Virus record (IMG/VR): IMGVR_UViG_3300042484_000728
Source of the DNA: an uncultured virus (IMG/VR IMGVR_UViG_3300042484_000728)
Lineage: Duplodnaviria > Heunggongvirae > Uroviricota > Caudoviricetes
Length of the DNA: 64,000 bases
Strand: one strand, 5' to 3'
The translations under genes were made by a program, and so were the position numbers. Below the pieces are notes generated by a model that did no database searches, was not told the DNA's origin, and was given only the letters and a program-made list of their open reading frames with translations. Below are positions 59,901 through 64,000 of this stretch, one piece after another. Position 1 is the first letter of the stretch; each line of letters starts with the position of its first letter.

Positions 59901-62488
59901 GATACATCCTTCCACCTGCGATAACTATTATCAGCACTGACGGTAATGGAAACGGTGCCACGGCCACTGCAACTCTTGATGGTAATTCGGGTAGTTTAAT
60001 TTCTATTACAGTGACAAACAGTGGCTCAGGCTACACCACAACCCCAACTGTAATTGTAAATGGTTCTGTAGTAGGTAATATTGTAGTTATTGGTGGCAAT
60101 GTAAACTTAATATCATCCACATACACTATTAATTCAACTGCTGGTTTATTCACTGGAATGAGCGCAAACACAGCATTTGATGCAACCACAGTGATTGCGG
60201 CAATTGACAGTGCAAACAGTCAAATTACCATGTCGTCGGCTAATATTTCCTCATTTACCGGCACTGCAATTAGCTTCGGATATACAAGTATAAATGCAGG
60301 TACCGTTGCTACTGCGTATGCAGTAATGAAAAACCCTGTAGTGCGTTCATTTAACAGCACACTTAAATTTGACCGTATTAACTATACAAGTAATGTCAAG
60401 GTGTGGACAGCTAATACTACCTACATTCAAACACAGTTTGATGCTAATGGTCGTGTAAGTAGCGGTGATATCATTACCTATGCATTCCAAGACGGCAATG
60501 TTATGCTACGTAAAGCGTATTTTATAAATTCTAATATCACAACCTCAACACAGTTCATACCTAGTGATTATACAGTATGTCCAGCAAGCTACTTTAGCAA
60601 TGCTAACGACCGTATTATTGGTTACTACGAGCCAGCAAACGTAATGCCGGCGGTGGATACTATACAAACTGCGGTAACTATGGCTAATACAGCCACTAAC
60701 ACAAACACTATCTATGTGTATAATGCAGCCAGTCTTGCTAAAAATATGTATATTGGTGAAAGTGGTGTACAAGCGGGCTATGTAACGGGTCTAATTGGTA
60801 ATATTAATTTACAAGTTAATAGCCTGGGACACTTTTATGGTAATCTATACAAAGGCAGTACTGCAATTGAAAATATTACCAACATGTCGGGTCTACAAGT
60901 TGGACAGTATGTAACTGGTGCTAATATTGGATTTGAAGCCACTATTGTAAGTGTTAACTATACAACAAACAGCGTTAACTTAACAGATACAATCAGTGGT
61001 AATCTTACATTGGCTAATATTAGCTTTGGCGGCATCCCAATTAAAGTAACACAGGTTACACTAAGTACCAACGTAACACTAGCTACTGATACAACTATCA
61101 CAGCACGTTATGACAGCTTAGAACAATTAGTACCAGGAGTAACATATCCAACATCAGTAACGCAAAGCGTACCATTTACGCTAAATCCATTATTTGGACG
61201 TAGTTATGATATTGCACCGTATGATCCTGTACAATTTAGCAAGGATGGTATTGCATTATTATCAACAAGCGTGTATGATCAAGCATTGTATAGCCTATAT
61301 GCTAACATTGCATTGGGTACAGCACCTGAAGATATAGTAACACAGGGTGGTCAATTTATTGATACATATCATAGCCGTGCTCCGGAAGAACTTGTACCGG
61401 GTATTACGTTTGACACGTTAGATATGCGTATCTATACTAAAGTTGGTGCAAACGTAGCTGCTTATCGTATATTTGATAATATGGTTAACGAACCAGCATA
61501 TTTGAAGATTTCAACTGCCAATACCACACAATTATCAACTAATTTAAGTATTACAGATGCTAACATTTATGTTATAGATGCAACATTATTAACTGAACCT
61601 AGTCCATTATATGCTCGCCCTGGTGTAGTGTTTATTAACGGTGAACGTATCACGTATTACAAAAAAAATATCTATACTCCTGTGGTATGGTCAGCTAATA
61701 CAGCATACGCTGCGGGCACTGCAATTAACTATGCAGGTAATAACTATATTGTTACTGGTAACGTTAATGCTAATAGTTGGAACTATGTAAGTACTGCAAA
61801 CATCAGCTACTTACCTGGTACAAATGTACTTGGCCAAATACGCCGCGGTACCCAAGGTACCGGTGCTAATGTATTATATCCAGTGGGTGTACGGGTAACT
61901 GATGCTAGTCCTAACCAAACATTACCAGATACAGTATACGGTAATTTAATGGTAAATGCTAATGTACTTTACAATTCAGGAACTGGAGGAAATATATTAG
62001 AAGGCAATGGATTAGTTGGTTCAACAACTAGTGCAGCAATGTTTATAAAAGATTGGCCATCATATGACCCAACAAACATCTATACTTATGTAATCAATAC
62101 ACCGGTTACTAACTGGAGCCTAGCAGTAAACGCAAGCACAGCAAGATTTGCATCTAACGTAACAATTTCTGATGTATTTGGTGTAGTTGTTACTAGTTCA
62201 GCCACTGAAAGCCTACTACCTGCGTCCAGCAGAACAATGAAGTATACATGGGAATGGTCTGCTGACGGTATTACTTGGAATGTAATTACTGATAGCTGGA
62301 CTTATATTGATGGAATACAGTTTGCTCAAGGTACAAATAACACCTTAAGTTTAGTTAACTTAAATGATCCTGCGCACGCATGGTACCCAACAGGACCAAT
62401 AGGATATCAAGTTAGATGTACTACTACATTTAACAGCATTTACGGGCTAATACCGTTTGCGTCAGCCACGGGTACTATAACAGCTTAA
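47915..62488 (+). CDS. Giant baseplate/receptor-binding structural protein (4857 aa) with FG-GAP repeats
   Basis: Single uninterrupted ORF after gp6. Seven FG-GAP-like blades, CBM5/12-like W-x5-Y motifs, 'VKPYRTKIR', and an Ig-like C-terminus. Confidence 0.75.
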   Translation: MATRKTYKFLPTVFQSDANKKFLAATMDQLVTEPNLETLYGYIGRKFAPTYKPSDSYVIEYNATRQNYQLEPGVVIQDEQNNVTFVADYIDLLDKIGYYGGLTNNHSRLFEQDYYTFDPKISFDKLINFSQYYWLPDGPDPVDVSTSGVDLTITYTVTRDAANGRYIFRNNGVVDNSIICARGGVYEFVVDQPGVPFWIQTETGIDGVVSATPTLSSRDVFGVENNGADNGIVTFKVPQTYAQDRYVNMPTVFSVDYATPIPYSQVANKTLSQFLTAYPQYAGITGQLNGRYTIFVDVNTWTNAGEEAWTNPVVVDNDGDIIPGYDANAVIAEEDRYDVWRVVYVDIGQKLRLDTAIAANIIAGTSLTVGSQVVSLLYDATVGQEYVYVPNTVTVSANATIKRTDVITALSATASGTNEITVTTTTGLVANMPVVFVGNPAVGGIISGTTYYIKDVTSVTTFTISDTVSGSEFTLTNDTGVMNVTASYTDIAAGTIVTSIASGDPLLKLVHTQDVAVNEKIYIKLGIANANKEFFKDYDGFFATVPLLTSQNDQLWIQDGVAPNIYTPIKIIQYAGWIIDVETDIIGQQNYTSPNGIEFTSGLKVQFGDDVAPAYYQNRQFYVEQVGDIGGGIQLVPVDELVTPEAYIDEIAINYPGEYFPDYITINRASKERNAWSRGNRWFHVDVITATAAYNGTVPTFNNGIRGQRPIVQFESNMQLVNDGRIAKAPIDVLDTTIQNAFIDLQGKIYTSVFGIELFDSNGDIAYPEGLRVIFGNDTDPLVKNKIYLLTLVQYSVNSLQLPSGPYYVELTKAADGDVIAYNTTVVKLGIYKGSQWWFDGVNWNQSQQKEYLQQPPLFDVLDSRLDLSTGEVIQGKSLSQYTRSTFIGTQIFGYDRATTGTTDSVLSRGPVAPVYDANGNAITNFYLSYKNFTTQGDIKFQNFFNTDTFSYVDESGTIVSRNVNLGYIQKIVDSQTLDPKNTWLTVPEQSKQYQLFSFVYTEPTNPDNYLNINGYTDTFTLDITPVSDEQSIPYVKVFQNFVYLKPTIDWTIVGNQITISTTLNINDQIDILVYSNEISSTAFYQVPQNLDLNSQNIDIDSLTLGQLRNHLVALAQNSTIVEGDVLAQSNLRDIDIKQQGGTILKHSAPVPYASLFLIDEQANFINSVRYTQQEYTKFKNKFLELSTSLEGIDPTDPIGSVDKILTRINIVKNKSFPWYYSDMVPYGPLKNIVGQIGAIDGFEVFDPLQTNYEITNIFSDTKLSNQAVLVYLNDQQLIKGLDYTFRTDTPSIDFTIALAVGDIIKIVEYSNTDGNYIPETPSKLGLWPRYTPEIFVDDTYRTSTTVIRGHDGSITPSFGDYRDSFLLELELRIYNNIKLSANTTFSEIFSVVPGKFRSSDYTLADANQVRSQSFLNWVGNNKLDYTINDTFDPNDPFTWNYSSSRDRVNGELLPGSWRACYMYFYDTIRPHLTPWEMLGFPSQPDWWQGFYGPAPFTGGNKVLWDDLEAGYIRYGDRQGIDPHYVRPGLSDFIPVDENGNLISVAQLLCRTFNSKQAGAAWAIGQQGPVEFAWRTSSDFPFAAQQALALLKPAKYFGTLIDVNSYTPLNALYTFSTDVQGITTEITQYLEDSTNRQITQSAVDYNGNTSAGTVYRGAGYINWITEYLINQGVSPAKYLLPLVQNFQVNLTYKVSGFTDQKYLEVLAEQVSPTSTNDSILIPNENYKVFLNEKPVAMDEIIYSALIIEKTNNGYSMRGYDLFNSYFTIIPSIINNNASKIKVLNSTATIYNDYQNLLMNVPYGYEFNTQQQVVDFMISYERYLIAQGWTFTDTDPQLNEIKNWRLSAREFLYWAQQGWKAGSILVVSPVSNTLNAITSGAVTEGIEDSQYGSRVVDQNFNLIKNNNYAVYRTPTEFKLELQDEASVIGYVKVSLVQYEHTLIFDNTTVFNDVIYQPSSGNRQFRLKLIGQRTADWDGSLSPEGYIYNSGVVDAWYQGQDYLKGDLVQYKSQYYTALRDIPANGTFQFQNWQVLGKNEIQTGLLPNFSTIAVESQSFYDSYAKIRNKNQMAYSHALIGFRERQYLSDLGLTETTQIEFYKGYVAQKGTKNAVDAFTKATINNLTSNIALYEEWAVRVGEYGALTSNPFVEIALDEKAFGVNPSVASFVDAADNNLANGVTIFNSTQLHKSYGAYSANVALNRTENSDYDNDIPTAGYVNIDDVDLQIFDLTNYVDLDNKIADMGSGYLIWVAKDFTQDWNVFRVTETNNQITAVTNSLNGYITFTTDNPHGLSKYDIFLVKNFDAAYNGFYQVLRVTGASSLLVRYTGDITNLGNLTTQTGSGMLFRLDSMRFKYMEESRVYGLLNPPNGWKVGDKIWIDIDAETTAVQGQPFGTQPSGTWKVYEKQTPWGLDQEVIKGGSEYVPNDGFGTSVKMSSDGLIIVAGAAQQGQIQFTTTGYLNANVGAYIEQVSSGANLTLVSNLGGNIYAGQYNNNFTFDSTGNLSILSIDTGAKFISSTTRIGYVNTFLKNYAGEFDQGLILTPTAANTYAYGHSVDLATTAAGNTKVAIGAPSSWSGNGYVYIYDKTLSSYSFDRSQILVSNVTGDQFGYSMAFNQDGEWLYISAPGNNSVYAYGLKRYVPVQTQLTSVNNKNTVYLNSPISVNPTDVLIQANTGARTSVLSVVSSTEIVVDNITNFVKVTTGTDGNVVIDANLTILANISVLSSGNLVSYGVYPTDLRSNAAVSSIQINSFTPDFTSGSDASSLLVTSLDKTFIPNIDYVFDYSTRTVRFINNGNIASNANISATTVTITQRPYYALVQKLTVPTGNSWAQFGYAISSSFDGAQVAVGAPGDTVEDINGILQLGAGAVYVYDRVIEAFNSVTDAVAGTGGQDYNTENIIATVHKVTIDGIENIQYTVVGTNTIRFTNPPAIGQVILVEVNKFNYLERLIGVDSLTGGLAAIQANAAFGTSLTICSNNCAIYIGAPYYDNGTEYNSGAVWKFHNRGRLYGTDTGYVLNPTFNPVDTIRLNNFEVRISLGLTGNVTVSTGDWITQPSTGANVRVTESTTGDIVKVSGYQNAYVFSTGANVAINNSWTASNVAVRLTTLDEFVQDVNDANILGVTATNENGYLRLDSDVKVAKDQLRILSGITNSSSAGVLAESEMIVFAFMQIIVNPYGLPGEYFGTKVKLAANAYMLVIGSARGTTKELTTIDVSTTTNGTVFDAASTRLHDRIPGSGSVYIYELYDDPRDDVEDPGRYAFAQQLDPGILIPGGQFGYALDIEGAYITIAAPFMAPAGAPAKSGSIYVFSNPTMARGWGLIRYQSPKVDLDSVTRAYLYSSQTNLIEENLQFVDPAKGRILGQAEENISFKTEYDPAVYNKGYNSEADINSSVYWSDKQVGKVWWDLSTVRFIDYEQDSLTYRSLHWGELFPGSSINVYEWIESTVLPSQYVNTNGALQGIPKHEDDSAYVEIITVDQTTGIITTRYFFWVYDQTHLDDTIPSRTLPVKAIVDYIANPKSQGIPYAAMIRSNAIVFYNVATYLSSDNTIVHLDHQLEINTDLIHSEYELIQKGNPNNPIPTKLVNKFVDSLAGIDQQGSTVPDPTLSLADRYGVDIRPRQSMFVDRLSAVNEMIQYVNDIFAINPIAEQFDLTGLNAQEAEPNFKLGEYDQAVSTEVELEYIDTLPLSPGYRVLVKNDTSQNGLWVLYTLTDSKSWLITRVQSYKTSIYWSYADWYATGYSASTKPDFSVETTVNALALQAIAGSVIYIRNATGNNTWQLVVVEVGGGLGVVGIQNGTVQLDTTLGNYVDNNLGFGNQDFDSNRYDQNPNKEIRSIVQALYNNIFKNTLQGEFNNLFFVMINYLLTEQTYVDWLFKSSFISITHKLRTLSQFPSYVVDNQTYYQNYIEEVKPYRTKIREYLLDYTGNDTFGGDITDFDLPAYYDTFGLTSMFRSPSGEAPYVAKDSATWQTWPYNQWYNNRNLVVDGIRIENAGKGYILPPAITIISTDGNGNGATATATLDGNSGSLISITVTNSGSGYTTTPTVIVNGSVVGNIVVIGGNVNLISSTYTINSTAGLFTGMSANTAFDATTVIAAIDSANSQITMSSANISSFTGTAISFGYTSINAGTVATAYAVMKNPVVRSFNSTLKFDRINYTSNVKVWTANTTYIQTQFDANGRVSSGDIITYAFQDGNVMLRKAYFINSNITTSTQFIPSDYTVCPASYFSNANDRIIGYYEPANVMPAVDTIQTAVTMANTATNTNTIYVYNAASLAKNMYIGESGVQAGYVTGLIGNINLQVNSLGHFYGNLYKGSTAIENITNMSGLQVGQYVTGANIGFEATIVSVNYTTNSVNLTDTISGNLTLANISFGGIPIKVTQVTLSTNVTLATDTTITARYDSLEQLVPGVTYPTSVTQSVPFTLNPLFGRSYDIAPYDPVQFSKDGIALLSTSVYDQALYSLYANIALGTAPEDIVTQGGQFIDTYHSRAPEELVPGITFDTLDMRIYTKVGANVAAYRIFDNMVNEPAYLKISTANTTQLSTNLSITDANIYVIDATLLTEPSPLYARPGVVFINGERITYYKKNIYTPVVWSANTAYAAGTAINYAGNNYIVTGNVNANSWNYVSTANISYLPGTNVLGQIRRGTQGTGANVLYPVGVRVTDASPNQTLPDTVYGNLMVNANVLYNSGTGGNILEGNGLVGSTTSAAMFIKDWPSYDPTNIYTYVINTPVTNWSLAVNASTARFASNVTISDVFGVVVTSSATESLLPASSRTMKYTWEWSADGITWNVITDSWTYIDGIQFAQGTNNTLSLVNLNDPAHAWYPTGPIGYQVRCTTTFNSIYGLIPFASATGTITA

Positions 62489-62522
62489 ATAATTGTAGAT
62501 TATGGATAAGATAAATAAGAAT

Positions 62523-62663
62523 ATGGATACAAATAAACAAGAAGAGAAAGTGGAAACACAACCTCAAAAACAACCCGACGAGCGTGGCGGTATACATATA
62601 CAAGGGCATATTAAAATATTTGACCCAGAGACAAAAGAAGTTTTTATGGACGGACGAGCATAG
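62523..62663 (+). CDS. Small protein (46 aa, MDTNKQEE...GHIKIFDPETKEVFMDGRA)
   Basis: Read by hand. ATG 5 nt after ATAAATA (62511-62517); the stop lies 1 nt before the next ATG. Confidence 0.7.
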   Translation: MDTNKQEEKVETQPQKQPDERGGIHIQGHIKIFDPETKEVFMDGRA

Positions 62664-62664
62664 T

Positions 62665-63279
62665 ATGAAATCAACGATGAACTTAGACATTATTGGTATG
62701 GTTAAGATTTTTGATCCTATCACCAAAGAAGTATTTGTTGATAAAACTAATGCTATCCACTATGAAAATTTCTCAGTATGTTTGGCGCAAAATGCTGCAA
62801 ATAAAAGTCAAAACTTTATTACTGAGATGCACTTTGGTAACGGGGGAACTACCGTTGACCCAACCGGTGTTATTACGTATCTGCCAACAAATACTAATGT
62901 GGCTAATGCTGACTTGTATAATCCTACATACTATAAAATTGTAGATGACACAAATGCAGCAAATACTGATCCTGCGAACAATAAAATGATTGTAAATCAT
63001 ACTCCTGGATTAAAGTATACTGATATTGTGGTTAGTTGTTTATTAGACTACGGCGAGCCTAGTGGGCAAGCAGTATTTGATAATAGTCAAACATTGTCCG
63101 GTGACTATGTATTTGATGAACTAGGCTTATTTGGCCACATACCAGGTGCAAGCGGTTTAGGAGCCGGCTTGCCATTATTAACACACGTGATTTTTAGCCC
63201 GGTGCAAAAAGCGTTGAATCGTTTAATACAAATAGAATATACAGTTCGAGTACAAACTCTAACTAACTTGACAGCATAA
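62665..63279 (+). CDS. Baseplate/tail-fibre attachment-type structural protein (204 aa)
   Basis: Likely start at 62665 (MKSTMN...). Motifs 'LDYGEP.GQ', 'FDELGL', 'LLTHVIF.PVQK..NR.IQI.YTVR'. Confidence 0.7.
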   Translation: MKSTMNLDIIGMVKIFDPITKEVFVDKTNAIHYENFSVCLAQNAANKSQNFITEMHFGNGGTTVDPTGVITYLPTNTNVANADLYNPTYYKIVDDTNAANTDPANNKMIVNHTPGLKYTDIVVSCLLDYGEPSGQAVFDNSQTLSGDYVFDELGLFGHIPGASGLGAGLPLLTHVIFSPVQKALNRLIQIEYTVRVQTLTNLTA

Positions 63280-63292
63280 TTAGGATAATAAA

Positions 63293-64000
63293 ATGTCATA
63301 CATTGTAAATTTACCAGATGGACAACTACTAACAACAATCTTAGATGGAACTATAGATACTTCGGCATCTAGTTTAACCTTAGTAGGTCGTAACTACAGC
63401 GGTTATGGTGAAATCATAGCAGAAGATTTAGTAGCATTACTTGTTAATTTTAGTAACAATGTAAGCCCTAATAATCCTAACACTGGACAAATTTGGTATG
63501 ATAGTGGTAACAAGTTAGTTAAAGTATACACAGGTAGTGCTTGGAAAAACGTAGGTAGTGCTACATATTCATCAACAGCACCTAGTACTACTATAGGCGG
63601 TGATTTTTGGTGGCATAGTATCAACAAACAATTATACTGTTACGATGGCACAAGTCCGTATGATGCTGCAGGTTGGATTTTAGTCGGCCCGGGCTACCCA
63701 ACACCTAGTGGTAAGAGCGGCGCCTTATACGAACAAATTTCAGACGGCACTGTATCACATGATGTTGTATCAATATACTTAAATGGTACTCGTACCGCAA
63801 TTATCAGTCAAGACCAATTTACTCCTAACGTAAGTATTTCTGGATTTACCTCAATTCAAGTTGGTTATAATATGACCACAACTAGTACCAATGGTACTAT
63901 TTGGGGCACTGCTAACAATGCTAGTTACTTAGGCGCACAACCGGCGGCCAACTATTTCCGTAACAATCAAAATAATAGCGGCACAGGCAATTTAACTATT
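63293..64000 (+). CDS. Tail fibre/baseplate protein, 5' part (truncated by the window end)
   Basis: AGGA SD and ATG at 63293: MSYIVNLPDG...LTLVGRNYSGYGE...P.NP.TGQIWYD. Open to the end of the window. Confidence 0.75.
   Translation, partial: MSYIVNLPDGQLLTTILDGTIDTSASSLTLVGRNYSGYGEIIAEDLVALLVNFSNNVSPNNPNTGQIWYDSGNKLVKVYTGSAWKNVGSATYSSTAPSTTIGGDFWWHSINKQLYCYDGTSPYDAAGWILVGPGYPTPSGKSGALYEQISDGTVSHDVVSIYLNGTRTAIISQDQFTPNVSISGFTSIQVGYNMTTTSTNGTIWGTANNASYLGAQPAANYFRNNQNNSGTGNLTI

Noticed and set aside
62584..62664. N-terminal extension of the 231-aa ORF
   Set aside because: It overlaps the better-supported 46-aa gene in another frame; the ATG at 62665 follows that gene's stop directly.
1..64000. 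Stop-codon reassignment or tRNA genes
   Set aside because: Core genes are full length under the standard code with TAA, TAG and TGA all used as stops. I saw no cloverleaf with a T-loop in the short intergenic gaps.

Overview
A 64-kb segment of a large T4-like (Tevenvirinae/Kyanoviridae-like, myovirus) phage genome, AT-rich and using the standard genetic code. It is mostly the virion morphogenesis region: neck/tail-completion genes (gp13, gp14, gp15-like), a minus-strand operon of Asn/Thr/Gly-rich fibre or decoration proteins, the head module (portal gp20, protease gp21, scaffold gp22, major capsid gp23), a tape-measure-like gene, and baseplate genes (gp26/gp51-like, gp48/54-like, gp53, hub, gp5-like, gp25, gp6, a 4857-aa giant protein). 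It also carries gp46/gp47, the late sigma factor gp55, two free-standing homing endonucleases and accessory genes (Nudix, radical SAM, SGNH-like, Hc1-like). A late-promoter motif (A/G)TAAATA precedes most structural operons, and three near-perfect sigma70 promoters drive small genes embedded among them. The most unusual signals are: (1) a ~450-nt non-coding, hairpin-rich segment (29260-29715) with GNRA loops on the minus strand, directly downstream of a catalytic-domain-only GIY-YIG nuclease; (2) a homing endonuclease sitting between two synonymously recoded copies of the gp55 N-terminus; (3) a probable programmed -1 frameshift fusing the gp26-like and gp51-like ORFs; (4) apparently leaderless mRNAs from both promoter classes. 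Product calls come from motifs and gene order that I recognised by eye, not from database searches.
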